Shown: positions 48,509 through 59,664, counted from the stretch's first letter. The stretch: DNA of 64,000 nucleotides from Planctomycetota bacterium (GCA_038060895.1 JBBTCT010000001.1:32001-96000); one strand, 5' to 3'. The notes: generated by a model not told the origin, from the sequence alone. Numbers and translations: made by a program.

Positions 48509-49609
48509 ATGAAACCGATCACGACTGTCCTCCTTGCAGGACTTCTCGTCTCCGGGTGCGTGCACCGCAGGATCACCGTCGTCGAGTCCTCTTCCCAGCC
48601 GGAAGTCTATGACGAGGAAGAGGTTTACGTCGACGAAGAGGCCTACGTAGAGGAATACGAGCCGGTCTGGGACGGCCACACGCTCGTCGTCGTCGAATCC
48701 CATCACCACGGCAACGGTTGCGGCCACTGGTACCACCACGGTTGCTGGCACCTGTTCCCCGAACACCACGTTTATGCCGACTTTGGCTACTCCTGGTACG
48801 GCGACACCGGCGGCTTCTACTACGCCGGCGAGCCCTGCGCTCGCATCTGGGATGGCCTGGCCTTCCTCTTCCTGCGCGGCCACGTCCACGGCCACGGCTG
48901 CGGCCATCACTACCATCACGGCTGCTGGAATTCCTTCTCGAAGGATTACGTCCATGTCGAACACGGCCGCAGGCACTTCAGCTCTTCCCCGCCCCTTCTC
49001 CGTGTCACGGTCTCGCCGTCGCGAATCGAGGATGGCGGTGGCGAGCGAAAAGCTGCGAGGTCGGCCGCGGCTCCGGCTCGGGTTGAGCGAAGCTCTTCGG
49101 GTAGAAAGTCTGAAGCGCCGGTTGTCCGGCAGCAGCAGGGACAGGCCGGGCGGAGCTCGCAGCCCCAGCGGATCGAACAGCCCAAGCGTCAGGACGCGCC
49201 CCGGCGGATCGAGCAGCCCGGGCGCCAGGAAGCGCCCCGGCAGATTGAACAGCCCAGGCGTCAGGACGCGCCGAAGCGGGTCGAGCAGCCGAGGCGTCAG
49301 GACGCGCCCCAGCAGATCGAACAGCCCAGGCGTCAGGACGCGCCGAAGCGGATCGAGCAGCCGAAGCGTCAGGACGCTCCCCAGCGGATCGAGCAGCCGA
49401 AGCGTCAGGACGCCCCGAAGCGGATCGAACAGCCCAAGCGTCAGGAAGAGCCGAGGCGGATCGAGCAGCCCAAGCGTCAGGAAGCGCCGAAGCGGATCGA
49501 ACAGCCCAAACGGCAGGAAGAGCCGAAGCGGATCGAACAGCCCAAACGGCAGGAAGAGCCGAAGCGGATCGAGCAGCCGAAGCGTCAGGACCCGCCGAAG
49601 CGCCGCTAA
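48509..49609 (+). CDS. His/Cys-rich lipoprotein with C-terminal 12-aa tandem repeats
   Basis: Lipobox LVSGC; GGAGA RBS; two copies of HxHGxGCGHxYHHGCW; RIEQPKRQDAPK repeats. Confidence 0.8.
   Translation: MKPITTVLLAGLLVSGCVHRRITVVESSSQPEVYDEEEVYVDEEAYVEEYEPVWDGHTLVVVESHHHGNGCGHWYHHGCWHLFPEHHVYADFGYSWYGDTGGFYYAGEPCARIWDGLAFLFLRGHVHGHGCGHHYHHGCWNSFSKDYVHVEHGRRHFSSSPPLLRVTVSPSRIEDGGGERKAARSAAAPARVERSSSGRKSEAPVVRQQQGQAGRSSQPQRIEQPKRQDAPRRIEQPGRQEAPRQIEQPRRQDAPKRVEQPRRQDAPQQIEQPRRQDAPKRIEQPKRQDAPQRIEQPKRQDAPKRIEQPKRQEEPRRIEQPKRQEAPKRIEQPKRQEEPKRIEQPKRQEEPKRIEQPKRQDPPKRR
49169..49600 (+). repeat. Coding tandem repeat, 36 bp x 12
   Basis: Unit about cggatcgagcagccgaagcgtcaggacgcgccgaag, in frame, with no spacers. 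Confidence 0.95.
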
Positions 49610-49616
49610 GCCGGCG

Positions 49617-50471
49617 CTACTTCTTCATGTCCTTCGGCGCCATCCCGAACTCGTAGTGCTCGTTACCGGGGTAATAGATGCTGCCCTCGCGCCAGTAAGA
49701 GTCGCGAAACAGCGCGAGCTGCTCGGGCGTGAGTGAAGACGCAAGGGCCTCGTAGGTTTTCAGCCGCTCGGCGTGAACGGCCGCCGCGAGCTTGGAGGCA
49801 ACCTTGTCGGGGCCGAGGAGTTCCTCGAGCGAGGTCTCCCCGGTGTGAATCCCCATCGCCTTCTCGGGCGGCAGCTTGCTCAACTCCATCACTTCGCCCA
49901 TGACTTTCCCGAGCATGAGACGCATCACTTCGTTTCCAGGCTTTTCGTAGAGGCCCGCTTCGTCCGCGCTGAAGTACTGCGCATAAAAGGCCTGCAGCGA
50001 TTCAGTGAGCCGTTTCGCTTCATCCTTCGTCGCCAGGTTGACGGCCGTAATCTGCCCGGGCTCGAGTCCCAGTTCCTTTGCGGCCTCTTCCGAAATCTCC
50101 TCTCCGAGCGGCAGGACCTTGCCCAGCTTCTTCATGATTTCCATCATGCGGGCGTTCGCGGCGTTTTCCTTCTCCTTGTCGGGATCCTTGGCGGCCTTGT
50201 CAGGATCCTTCTTCTTGTTCCCGGCATCCTTTTTCGCCGCCAGAAGCGCAACCTCCAGGTCGCCGACCTTCTTCTCGAGGTCGTCCGCCCTTTGTTTTTC
50301 CTTCAGCAGGCCGGGATCCGCCGCCGGCGGCGCGCCCGCGACCGGCGCGGGAATCTCAGCGCGGGCAACGACCAACTGGGCGCGAAGCGCCCGGTTCTGC
50401 AGGAACAGGACCAGGGAGAAGGCTCCGAACGCGAGGGCGAGGACAGCCAGCACTGCGGCAACGCGGTTCAT
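49617..50471 (-). CDS. Membrane-anchored coiled-coil hypothetical protein
   Basis: MNRVAAVLAVLALAFGAFSLVLFLQN TM; coiled coil; LEPGQ and LTPEQ motifs. Confidence 0.75.
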   Translation of the reverse strand: MNRVAAVLAVLALAFGAFSLVLFLQNRALRAQLVVARAEIPAPVAGAPPAADPGLLKEKQRADDLEKKVGDLEVALLAAKKDAGNKKKDPDKAAKDPDKEKENAANARMMEIMKKLGKVLPLGEEISEEAAKELGLEPGQITAVNLATKDEAKRLTESLQAFYAQYFSADEAGLYEKPGNEVMRLMLGKVMGEVMELSKLPPEKAMGIHTGETSLEELLGPDKVASKLAAAVHAERLKTYEALASSLTPEQLALFRDSYWREGSIYYPGNEHYEFGMAPKDMKK

Positions 50472-50597
50472 CGTGTTCCCTTTGGATGGTCGAGTTCGCG
50501 AATCGTTCCCGGGAAGTATACGCGAGCCAGAGAACCGGTGATGGACCCAGCCCCCGCGTTGGACGTTGCAGCAGGAGTCGCTACACTGCGCTTCCCC

Positions 50598-51506
50598 ATG
50601 ACCGCCGACACTCCCGAAGACAAGGGCTCGGTGGCGGAGGCTCGCCCTTCGCCGCCGCCGGTTCCGCCTTCCCCGGCGCCTGGCAATCCTGCGCCCGAGG
50701 CCCCCGCCCCGCGATTCGACCTGGAAACGGCCCTCGCTGAAGTCGAACGCCTGTCGCTCGACGCAAAACAGCACGCCGCCACCAAATCGACCGCCGAGCG
50801 CCAGGCAGCCGACCTGTCGACGCTTCGAAAATTCCACGAGAAGGCCCACTCCGAGATCGAACGGCTCAAGAATGACAAGGCCATCCTCGCCGCAGAGAAG
50901 GAGAACATGCTCAAGCAGGTCGCCGAGGCGGTGACGGACCGCCGGCGGCGAGAGCAGGCGGAAGCGGACGCCGAGCGGATGAAGCACGAGACGCGGAGGT
51001 ACGAGGGGGAGAAGCTTTCGCTGGAAAAAAAAGTTGCGGAGTCGGACGCGCTCAGGGCCTCGCTTGAGAAGGCGACGGCCGAGGTCGAACGACTGAAACG
51101 GCGCGTGGGCGAGTTGGAAGCTGCGGGCCCCGGCGCCAAAGACGGGGCCGGCGAGCACTCCGGGGAGTTGTTTCCCCAGCCTCCGACGCCGCGCCTGCCG
51201 TTCAAGGCGGCGCTCCCTGAAACGCAGGTCATGCCTCCCTATCTGCCCGAAACGTCTCGCGCCCCTGACTTCGTCCCGGAACCGCCTCCCGCGGCGCCTC
51301 CACCGCCCGTGCGAAAAAGCAATCCGCCGGCCACGGCCAAGTCCGGCACGCACGCGAGCGGCGCTTCGGAAGTGCCGGGGCGGATCCGCTATAGCTGCGT
51401 CGGTTGCAGCCGGAAGCTGGGAGCGCCGGCGGACTTCGCGGGAACTTACGGGACTTGCAAGTTCTGCGGGCACCGGATGAAAGTGCCGCTGGCGTCAACG
51501 AGGTAG
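50598..51506 (+). CDS. Coiled-coil protein with C-terminal Zn ribbon
   Basis: Long heptad region; IRYSCVGCSRKL...GTCKFCGHRMKVP. Confidence 0.7.
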   Translation: MTADTPEDKGSVAEARPSPPPVPPSPAPGNPAPEAPAPRFDLETALAEVERLSLDAKQHAATKSTAERQAADLSTLRKFHEKAHSEIERLKNDKAILAAEKENMLKQVAEAVTDRRRREQAEADAERMKHETRRYEGEKLSLEKKVAESDALRASLEKATAEVERLKRRVGELEAAGPGAKDGAGEHSGELFPQPPTPRLPFKAALPETQVMPPYLPETSRAPDFVPEPPPAAPPPPVRKSNPPATAKSGTHASGASEVPGRIRYSCVGCSRKLGAPADFAGTYGTCKFCGHRMKVPLASTR

Positions 51507-51552
51507 TCCGGGCCGTTCATTTCCGCCTCCTCCTTCGATTATGCTACGGCTC

Positions 51553-52269
51553 ATGGTCATCAGCGTCGCGTGCCCCGCATGCCGGAGGCCGCTTCAGTTC
51601 CCCGACAACGCCGCCGGTCGCGTCGCTGCGTGCCATTGCGGGCAGCAGATGATGCTGCCGTCTACTCCCGTGGCCCCGCCCGCCGGCCCGCCCGGGCGCA
51701 TGAGCAGCCAGGCGGCGCCGCGCCCGCGAAGCCCTGTCCCGGCCCCGCGAAGACCAGGCGGAGGCTCGGGAGCGGCGCCGATCGTGGTCGCGATCCTGCT
51801 GCTCCTGGGCGGCGTCGCGGGGTTCGTGTTCTTCAGGCGCGGAAAGGCGCTGGAATTTGCTAAGCAGAAGGAAAACGAGATCGCCGCGCGCGAGGCTGAA
51901 AAAGCGAGAGCCGACGCCGCCGAAAAGACCTACGTCCTGCTCCGCGTCTCGATCGAAGACTCGGTGCTGCCGGCGGAGAATCGCGGCGAGGGCCCCTCTC
52001 AGTACATCGGACTGCGCGTCGAGGTCGTGAACCACGGTTACGCGTCCGTCACGATCGACCCCGTCTTCTTCACGCTCACGGCCGACGGCGCGCGCTATGG
52101 CCGGGACTCCGGAGTCGCGGAGAAATTCGAAACGATGGACCTGAAGGACGGAGAGAAGATCTCGGTGCCTCTCGCGTTCGAGGTTCCCGACAGGCACAAG
52201 CCGTTCATCGTGGAATTCAAGCCGGCCCGGCCCGAGAAGTGCAACGTGAGGTACGGCGACGCGAGGTAG
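51553..52269 (+). CDS. Zn ribbon + TM + DUF4352-like beta-sandwich protein
   Basis: VACPACRR...CHCGQ; TM; VEVVNHG...FTLTADGARY...LAFEVP. Confidence 0.7.
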   Translation: MVISVACPACRRPLQFPDNAAGRVAACHCGQQMMLPSTPVAPPAGPPGRMSSQAAPRPRSPVPAPRRPGGGSGAAPIVVAILLLLGGVAGFVFFRRGKALEFAKQKENEIAAREAEKARADAAEKTYVLLRVSIEDSVLPAENRGEGPSQYIGLRVEVVNHGYASVTIDPVFFTLTADGARYGRDSGVAEKFETMDLKDGEKISVPLAFEVPDRHKPFIVEFKPARPEKCNVRYGDAR

Positions 52270-52275
52270 GCGCGA

Positions 52276-53076
52276 CTACTTCGAAATCCGCGACGCTTCT
52301 GAAGTCATTCGCTTCACACCGCCCGCCGAGTCCGGGTCGGGAATGAGCGCGGTCGAGCGCAGCTTCCGCGGAAGAGCGCGCGGCTTCTCTCCGGCCCCGA
52401 CCGGCATCGACGACTGCGGGAACGCCTTCGACGCTTCCAGGTCGAAATAAAAACCCAGGAAGGGGTCCGCCCTGTCCGGGTCGTAAACCTCGAGGTTCCA
52501 TTCGTAGAGGGCCGTGGCCATCGTCCTGTCCCAGAGCAGCGACAGCGGCGGACGCTGGTCGCCCGCATCGACCTTCGCCTGGTCGCCTTCGCGTACCCCG
52601 AGCGGGAGCCCGGCCTTGAGCCGCTCGTCCACCTCCCGGGTCGCGCGCTCGTCGCTGCCCACGCGCCAGACACGGCGCTTCAGGGCAAACAGCGGTTTCC
52701 CTGCCCGCTGCGCCGCGCGGCCCGGTTCCGCGTCCACAGCCTTTTCCGCTGCTTCGTCGCGCACGAGGTACCACTCGACCAGCTCCCGCTCCGGCCGCGC
52801 GCCGGACTCCGGTGGCATGAAGGCAAGCCACGCGGCAACGTCGAGCCGTCCGGAATTCTTCAGCCAGAGCCGCTGCCCGCCGCCCTCCGTCGCCACCGCT
52901 TCCTGCCAGTCCTCCGTGAAGCGCTTCATGGCCGCATCGACGTTGCGGGCCGCACGCTCGGAACTGTAGGCACGCTGTCCGTCTTCGCCGGGGGTAGTCG
53001 GAGGCTTTGAAGGTTCGGGATCCGGGTTTCCGGTGGTGCAGCCGGCGAGGAGCAGGACGAGGGGGAGGAGTCGCAT
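52276..53076 (-). CDS. Hypothetical lipoprotein
   Basis: Lipobox LLAGC; 266 aa. Confidence 0.75.
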   Translation of the reverse strand: MRLLPLVLLLAGCTTGNPDPEPSKPPTTPGEDGQRAYSSERAARNVDAAMKRFTEDWQEAVATEGGGQRLWLKNSGRLDVAAWLAFMPPESGARPERELVEWYLVRDEAAEKAVDAEPGRAAQRAGKPLFALKRRVWRVGSDERATREVDERLKAGLPLGVREGDQAKVDAGDQRPPLSLLWDRTMATALYEWNLEVYDPDRADPFLGFYFDLEASKAFPQSSMPVGAGEKPRALPRKLRSTALIPDPDSAGGVKRMTSEASRISK

Positions 53077-53132
53077 GGGTGGAAGAGGATAGCGCGGGGA
53101 CGGGCCAAATTGAACCGGGGAAGTTCGAAGCG

Positions 53133-54899
53133 TCAGCCGCTGCCCCGGATTTCCCTCAGGAACACGTCCCCGTACTCCTCCAGTTTCCGCTGCCCCACGC
53201 CGTGCACTTCGAGAAATTCCTCGCGGCTCTGCGGCCGGCGCGCGGCCATGTCGAGAAGTGCCTTGTCGCTGAAGACGACGAATGCGGGGACTCTCTTTTC
53301 ATCCGCGAGTTTTTTGCGAAGTGCGCGCAGGCGCTCGAACAGCCCGGGGTCGGGCATCGCGTCGGTGGGCTCGGGCGCCGGGCGCTCAGGCTCATACGGC
53401 TCGGGGTCGAATTCGGCGCGGCGCTTCCGAACTTTTTGTTTCGGCGGCTCGTACGTCCCGTGCGCCGCCGCCTCCGCTGCTCCCACGATGTCCCGTTTCA
53501 GGCAGCTCCCGCACGACGTTTCGCACACCGGGATCACCTCCGCGAAGTACGCCGCCAGACGCTTCCAGAGGCAGGAACGGCCGTCGGCGAGGTCCATCAT
53601 GCGGCGGACGGCGAGGCGCTGCTGCTCGGCGACCTCGGGATCCTGGACGTCGGAATTTTCGAGGAGCCGGTCGAGGGAAAGAACGTCCGCCCACGAATAG
53701 AACAGGACGCAGTCGGCGGGGGCGCCGTCGCGCCCCGCACGGCCGATTTCCTGGTAGTACCCCTCGATCGAGCGCGGCATGTCGCGGTGCAGGACGAAGC
53801 GGACGTTCGACTTGTCGATCCCCATCCCGAACGCGATCGTCGCGCAGACGACGTCGAGGTCGTCCCGGCTGAATTTCTCCTGCGTCTTCGCGCGCTTTTC
53901 CGGCGTCAGCCCCGCGTGGTAGGGCGCGGCGCGGACGCCTTTCGATTCCAGAAACTCCGCGGTCGATTCGGCCGCCTTTCGCGAGAGGCAGTACACGATC
54001 CCGGACTCGCCGCGCCGCGATCGGATCAATTTCAGGATCATGTCGCGGACGCCGTCGCCCCCGCCCTTCTTGACGGCATACAGGTGCAGGTTCGGACGGA
54101 AGAACGAGCCGCGGATTTCGAGGGGGTCCTGAAGCGCGAGCTGCTCGATGATGTCGTTCTTCACGCGCGGGGTCGCCGTGGCGGTGAGAGCGAGCACGGG
54201 GATTCCCTTGAAGCGCTTCTTCAGTCCGGCCAGATTCCGGTACGACGGCCGGAAATCGTGCCCCCACTCGCTGATGCAGTGCGCCTCGTCCACGGCGACG
54301 AGCTTGAGGTCGAGTGAATCCAGAAGGCGCCCGACCGAAGCGTCGATCCCTTCTGGCGCGGCGTACAGCATCTCGAACTCCCCTGCGCGGAGCTGCGCCG
54401 TGCGCCGGGAGCGTTCGGCGGGGTCGAGCGAAGAATTCAGGAACGTCGCGCGGATTCCGACTTCGCCCATCGCGTCCACCTGGTCTTTCATGAGCGAAAT
54501 CAGCGGCGACACCACCAGCGACACGCCGCCCAGGAGGCGCGCGGGGATCTGGTACGTCACCGATTTTCCGGCCCCGGTCGGCATGACCCCGAGGCAGTCG
54601 CGCCCGGAGAGCGCAGCCCGGATGATCTCCAGCTGGCCCGGGCGAAACGTCGGATAGCCGAAGATTTCCTTCAGCGCCCCGAGCGCCCCGTCGTCTCCTG
54701 GTTCCTCCCGCTCTTTCTTCGCGCGATCGCCTGCTTCGCGCAGCAGCGAAAGAGCCTCCGCGGAGAACAGGAGGGGCGCTTCGCGATACAAAGACCGGAG
54801 CGACGCGAGGCGCTCGGAGACCCGCGTCGCCCCGCCGGTGGAGAGTGCGCGGGCTTCGGCGAGAACTTCGGCGACCGATCGGGGCGGGGCTTCCGGCAT
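53133..54899 (-). CDS. recQ: RecQ-family ATP-dependent DNA helicase with HRDC domain
   Basis: [34 protein letters not shown] and [10 protein letters not shown] motifs; [13 protein letters not shown]. Confidence 0.95.
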   Translation of the reverse strand: MPEAPPRSVAEVLAEARALSTGGATRVSERLASLRSLYREAPLLFSAEALSLLREAGDRAKKEREEPGDDGALGALKEIFGYPTFRPGQLEIIRAALSGRDCLGVMPTGAGKSVTYQIPARLLGGVSLVVSPLISLMKDQVDAMGEVGIRATFLNSSLDPAERSRRTAQLRAGEFEMLYAAPEGIDASVGRLLDSLDLKLVAVDEAHCISEWGHDFRPSYRNLAGLKKRFKGIPVLALTATATPRVKNDIIEQLALQDPLEIRGSFFRPNLHLYAVKKGGGDGVRDMILKLIRSRRGESGIVYCLSRKAAESTAEFLESKGVRAAPYHAGLTPEKRAKTQEKFSRDDLDVVCATIAFGMGIDKSNVRFVLHRDMPRSIEGYYQEIGRAGRDGAPADCVLFYSWADVLSLDRLLENSDVQDPEVAEQQRLAVRRMMDLADGRSCLWKRLAAYFAEVIPVCETSCGSCLKRDIVGAAEAAAHGTYEPPKQKVRKRRAEFDPEPYEPERPAPEPTDAMPDPGLFERLRALRKKLADEKRVPAFVVFSDKALLDMAARRPQSREEFLEVHGVGQRKLEEYGDVFLREIRGSG

Positions 54900-54964
54900 C
54901 CCGGGTATCTTGGCGGGCTCTCGCCGCGAACGCAAGTCACCCGCCCCGATGCTATTGTGCGCGC

Positions 54965-56770
54965 ATGAACAGCCGCCTCTCCTTCACGATCCTGATGCTG
55001 GCCGCTTCCATCGCCCACGCCGACCCCTGGTTCACCAACGCCGCGAAAGCCGCGGGACTGGACGGCGTGGCTTCAAAAGACTGCGTCCTCACCGATCTCG
55101 ACGGCGACGGCTGGTGGGACCTGTGCGTCGACCGGGAGCGGCTCTTCCTCAATCGAAAGGGCAGATTCGAAGAGCTGAAGGACAGCGGGATCGAGTTCCC
55201 CGAAGTCAACGTTGTCCCCCTGAAGGACGGCGCGGCGGACAAGGCCAACGCGAAGAAGCAGAAGTTCGTGCCGGCCTACCTGTACTTTGCGGACGTAAAC
55301 AACGACGGCGCGACCGACGCGATCTGGGGCGTGCACTCGAACTGGGAGTCGTTCGAGGAGGCGAGCCGCGAGTGGGTCACGGTGAAGGAATGCGACCACG
55401 GGTTGCGAAGTCGCGTGTACCTCAATGACGGGAAGGGGCATTTCGCGCTCGCCGGCGCGTCCGGGTTCTCCGGGCCGGAGTCGTACGGCCCGGCGTCATC
55501 GCTCGCGATCTGCGACATCGATCGCGATGGAAACCTCGATCTCTTCGAAGGACGCGAATATCGCCAGTACGGCGTGCTGTACGGCTGCGGGCCGGACCGG
55601 CTCTGGAAGGGCGACGGCCGGGCCGGTTTCGAAGACATCACGAATAAAGCGGGGATGTGGCTCGAAGCGGCGCCCGGGACGGAGAAGAGCGCGCGGCCGA
55701 GTTACGGCGTGACGCACGCGGACTGGAACAACGACGGCGCGATGGACCTGATGGAGCTGGCTTATGGGCGGCAATGGAACGTGCTCTGGAAGAACCTCGG
55801 CGACGGGACGTTTGAAGACGTCGGGATCGCGACGCGCTTCGCAGGCGACGACATCACCCACGGCAAGTACCCGCCACAGGCGAAACGCCCGCCCGAGCAG
55901 CCATTCCGCTCCAACGGCAACACCTTCGACTGCGCCGTCGGCGATTACGACAACGACGGCGACCTGGATTGCTTCCTCGGCGAAATCGCACACGCATGGG
56001 CCGGCGAAGCGAGCGATCCGCCGAGCCTGCTGATCAACGAAGGAGCGAAGGGCGACTGGGCGTTCAGGCGGGTGCCGGTCTGGGACGCGCTTCCGAAGCG
56101 CGAATTCCGCGACAAGCAGAACTACCAGTACGCGGACCTGCACGTCGCCTGGGGTGACGTCGACAACGACGGGTGGCTCGACCTCCTGCTCGGGGGAAGC
56201 GACTACCCCGACGGGCAGTTTCTGCGGCTGTACCGCAACCTGGGCGACGGCAGGTTCGAGGAAGTCACCGAGAGGGCCGGCTTCAATTGGGAAGGGTGCG
56301 GCGACCTGTCGCTGGGCGACGTGGACCGCGACGGCGACCTCGACATCGTCGCGGGCCGCTCCTTCATGCGACTCAGCCAGGAGCACCGCGACAAGTTCAT
56401 GGGCGGGCTGAAGACGAACGACATCGGCCTGTTTCTCAACGCAGAGGCCGGGCGCAACGGGAACCACTGGCTCAACGTCCGCCTCGTCGGCAAGACCGCC
56501 AACCGGGCCGGAATCGGTGCGCGCGTCACGGTCGTCGCCGGAGGCGTCACCATGACGCGCGAGATCCGGTGCGGCAGCGGCCTCGGGAACCACGAGGACC
56601 CGCCCGAGGCGCATTTTGGTTTGGGCGAGGCAGCGAAAGTTGATTCGCTCACGGTGCGCTGGCCCGACGGGAAGCTCAGCGTTCAGAAATTCGAAGGGAT
56701 ACCGGCGGATCGATTCGTGACCGTACGGCAGGGCGAGGAGAAGCCGGATCTGCAGGAGCGCCGGAAGTAG
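54965..56770 (+). CDS. CRTAC1 family protein (FG-GAP repeats + ASPIC/UnbV domain)
   Basis: Multiple DxDxDGxxD repeats; [10 protein letters not shown]...GIGARV...HFGLG. Confidence 0.9.
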   Translation: MNSRLSFTILMLAASIAHADPWFTNAAKAAGLDGVASKDCVLTDLDGDGWWDLCVDRERLFLNRKGRFEELKDSGIEFPEVNVVPLKDGAADKANAKKQKFVPAYLYFADVNNDGATDAIWGVHSNWESFEEASREWVTVKECDHGLRSRVYLNDGKGHFALAGASGFSGPESYGPASSLAICDIDRDGNLDLFEGREYRQYGVLYGCGPDRLWKGDGRAGFEDITNKAGMWLEAAPGTEKSARPSYGVTHADWNNDGAMDLMELAYGRQWNVLWKNLGDGTFEDVGIATRFAGDDITHGKYPPQAKRPPEQPFRSNGNTFDCAVGDYDNDGDLDCFLGEIAHAWAGEASDPPSLLINEGAKGDWAFRRVPVWDALPKREFRDKQNYQYADLHVAWGDVDNDGWLDLLLGGSDYPDGQFLRLYRNLGDGRFEEVTERAGFNWEGCGDLSLGDVDRDGDLDIVAGRSFMRLSQEHRDKFMGGLKTNDIGLFLNAEAGRNGNHWLNVRLVGKTANRAGIGARVTVVAGGVTMTREIRCGSGLGNHEDPPEAHFGLGEAAKVDSLTVRWPDGKLSVQKFEGIPADRFVTVRQGEEKPDLQERRK

Positions 56771-56815
56771 ATGGACTGAGAAGTCCGTCACCACTTCGAA
56801 CCTGCACTCCACCCA

Positions 56816-58090
56816 TTACTTCCCGCCCGGCAATTTGATCCGCTTCACCATCTTCGGCGTGTCGTTCGCCTTGATCTTCACGTCGGCCGTGTTCACGAAC
56901 CAGTTGTTCTTTGCCTTGCCGGCGGCCTCGATGCCGCCCAACGCAAGAATCGTGCAGTCCTCGAGCGTCGTTCCGATCTTCACGTGGCCACCGGCGTGCA
57001 CCACGCAGGCCATCGCGTCTTTCGCGATCGTCACCGCGCCCTTCGCGAGAATCACCGACTTCGAGATCTTGTTCGCCTTGAAGTCTCCCGAGCAGATGAC
57101 CACGCTCTCGTCGATCACGTCGAATTCCGCGCTGTCGCAGAGAACCATCGAACCTGCCTCGACCTTCTTCCCCTTCGCCGCGGCCACCAGCGAGATCTGT
57201 CCCTTCAGCCCGCCCTTGATCGCCGTCACGGTCGGGACCGCATCCTTCAGCGCCATGGCGAGCGCGCCTTCGGCCGCCTTGGCGCCACCGGGCGACATCT
57301 CGACGCCGTACATCCCGAAATACTGCTTCACCGCGCTGCGCAGCTTCGGCCGGTGCTCCGTGTCCTTCCCGGCATCGGCCAGCCACGACGCCGCTTCCAC
57401 CCACACGGAATCCGCGGTCGCCGGCACCAGCGCCGCCGCCCACTCGTAGAGCTTCGACATCTCCTTCACCGGCCAGCCGTCCTTGTTCGAAGGGTCGTCC
57501 GTCATGATCAGCCTGGCTTCGTAACCAAGGGAAATGAACTTGTCGCGCAGCGCCTCCGCCTGGAACGGCGGCGAGTAGGAGCACCCTTTGTCGTTCAGGA
57601 TCAGCACGGGGACGCTGTTCCCGGCCGCCTTCGGCTCCTGGTTCGAAGTGGACGGCTGCAGGATGACGAACCCGCTCAGCAGGTCCGGGTTTTCCGCGAC
57701 GAATTTGAACCCCTTGATCGCCCCTTCGCTGTACGCCACGCAATAGACGCGGCTGGTGTCATACCCGTATTCGGCCGTCACTTTTTCGAGAAGCGACGGC
57801 ACATCCGCGGCGCCCATGCTTCCGTCCAGGCACAGCGCCATCTGCGGCGTCGGGCCTTTCGAGCTCTGCCAGAGGTGTCCGTAGTCTTTCGCCTGGTGCG
57901 GCCCGGGCGGAAAGGTGATGTAGAGCGCGTACTTGCCCGCCTCCGCTTTTTTGAACCCGGAGGGCACCACGAGCTGGTACCTGCGTCCCTTGTGGTCGCC
58001 GTCGACGAGGCCGATTTTCACGTCCTGGGCTGAAGCGGGGATTGCGAGGATCGCCAGAAAGAAGATGCTGAGCGGCCGTGGGATTCGCAT
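56816..58090 (-). CDS. Exported degenerate alpha/beta-hydrolase-like domain + C-terminal beta-helix
   Basis: Signal peptide; RVYCVAYSEGA; SVVICSGDF / SVILAKGAV / CTILALGGI repeats. Confidence 0.65.
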   Translation of the reverse strand: MRIPRPLSIFFLAILAIPASAQDVKIGLVDGDHKGRRYQLVVPSGFKKAEAGKYALYITFPPGPHQAKDYGHLWQSSKGPTPQMALCLDGSMGAADVPSLLEKVTAEYGYDTSRVYCVAYSEGAIKGFKFVAENPDLLSGFVILQPSTSNQEPKAAGNSVPVLILNDKGCSYSPPFQAEALRDKFISLGYEARLIMTDDPSNKDGWPVKEMSKLYEWAAALVPATADSVWVEAASWLADAGKDTEHRPKLRSAVKQYFGMYGVEMSPGGAKAAEGALAMALKDAVPTVTAIKGGLKGQISLVAAAKGKKVEAGSMVLCDSAEFDVIDESVVICSGDFKANKISKSVILAKGAVTIAKDAMACVVHAGGHVKIGTTLEDCTILALGGIEAAGKAKNNWFVNTADVKIKANDTPKMVKRIKLPGGK

Positions 58091-58305
58091 GATCGTCTCC
58101 GTGGGCGTTTCGGTAGAATGACGCGTTCGAACGGGCGGGAATAAAGGGTAGCATCCCGGCGTCAGGCTGTCGGGGGGACATTCAATCTCCCCCGAATTTG
58201 TAAAACGTCCCGCTTTGCACGCACCTTCTGAACAAGCAAAGTGTTCATAATAGTCCGGAACGAAACGCCTCCGGCGGCGTCCTATGCGCCAGAGGGACAA
58301 ACTTC

Positions 58306-59664
58306 ATGACTGGGGGTTCTGCCGTGAAATCCTGGATCGCTGCTGCGTTCGTCGCCGCACTGTCCGTCGCCGCTTCCGCCGACGCCGTTCTCATGAAGAC
58401 GGGCGAGCGGTACATCGGGGATGTCACCGAGGAAGGAGACTCTCTGCGCGTGAAGAACACCGCGTTCCCCGACGGCGTCGTCGTCAAGAAGGCGGATGTG
58501 AAAGTGGTTTACCCGAAGCCGGAAGTGATGCTTGAAAAGCTGGAAGCGTCGCTGGCGGCCGCGATGGCGAAGTACGAGGAGGGCAAAAAGGCGTCCGACC
58601 CGAATCCCTTCATGAAGTCCGCCATGGAACTCCTGTTCGATCCCGAGCTTGAGGCGCAGGAAGCGTCGGAGGTCTACCCCGCGGAGAAGAAGAAATTCGA
58701 CGGGCTGACGACGCGGATTCACGAGCTGCGGAAGATGTGCCGGGACGGCCAGCGGATGGATGGGCCGCCCCCGGTGGAGAAGAAGCCGGACCCGCCCCCG
58801 ACCAAGAAGCCCGATCCCGCGAAGAAACCGGACCCCGCGAAGCCACCGGATCCTCCGAAGAAGCCGGATCCGGTGAAGCCTGAGCCGAAGCCGCAGGGAC
58901 CTCCCGGCGATCCCGCGACGATCCTGGAAACGATCCGCTCCGGCGGCGCGGTGGAACTTTCAGGGACGCTCTCGGGGCTGGACATCCCGAAGGAAGAACG
59001 CCTCGCGACGCCGATGATGGAACGGCTGAAGACAGAGGCGGACCCGCAGGCGAAGGCAGCGCTGAAGGATGCGCTCGGCAAGTATCCCGGTTACATCGTC
59101 GTGCGCAGCGCCGACAATGTGCTGAAGTCCAAGGGCGTGACGGACGCGTTCCGTCGCGACTGCGTCGACATCCTTTCGACCAAGAAGGAAGACAAGGCGA
59201 TCTCCATGATCTCCGATTTCGCATTCGCCGCGGAGATGCGCGAAATGCGCGAATACGCCCGCGGCCCGCTCGCCGCCTACGGCAACGCATGCCTGAAGCC
59301 CACGAGCCGCTACATTCACGCCTCGGACGCACGCACCCGCACGGACGCGGTCGATTTCATCGCTTCGATCGATACTCCCGAAGCCTACGGCGCGCTTACC
59401 TGCTGCCTGCTCATCGGGACGTCGAAAGAACTCCTCGCGGCCGGCGGGTTCGACGTCCCGCTCCGCGACCACGCCTGCGAGCTGATGGTCAAGGGTGGCG
59501 ACAAGGCCTGCCCGGCGCTCATCGGCGCGCTCTCCAACGGGAACCTCCGCAAGTGGGCCTGCTTCTGCCTCCTCAAGATCAGCGGCGAGGGCTACGCGGA
59601 GAGCGACCTGAAGAGCTGGACGGCGTGGTGGAAGAAACGGGCGTCGGAGAGCAGCGGGAAGTAA
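58306..59664 (+). CDS. Exported HEAT-repeat protein with KKPDP linker
   Basis: Signal peptide (start may be GTG 58324); DAVLMKTGERYIG; Pro/Lys linker; WTAWW end motif. Confidence 0.75.
   Translation: MTGGSAVKSWIAAAFVAALSVAASADAVLMKTGERYIGDVTEEGDSLRVKNTAFPDGVVVKKADVKVVYPKPEVMLEKLEASLAAAMAKYEEGKKASDPNPFMKSAMELLFDPELEAQEASEVYPAEKKKFDGLTTRIHELRKMCRDGQRMDGPPPVEKKPDPPPTKKPDPAKKPDPAKPPDPPKKPDPVKPEPKPQGPPGDPATILETIRSGGAVELSGTLSGLDIPKEERLATPMMERLKTEADPQAKAALKDALGKYPGYIVVRSADNVLKSKGVTDAFRRDCVDILSTKKEDKAISMISDFAFAAEMREMREYARGPLAAYGNACLKPTSRYIHASDARTRTDAVDFIASIDTPEAYGALTCCLLIGTSKELLAAGGFDVPLRDHACELMVKGGDKACPALIGALSNGNLRKWACFCLLKISGEGYAESDLKSWTAWWKKRASESSGK

Noticed and set aside
49169-49600. 36-bp repeats as a CRISPR array
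   Set aside because: Units are contiguous with no unique spacers, are in frame within a protein, vary mostly at synonymous or conservative positions, and have no cas genes nearby.
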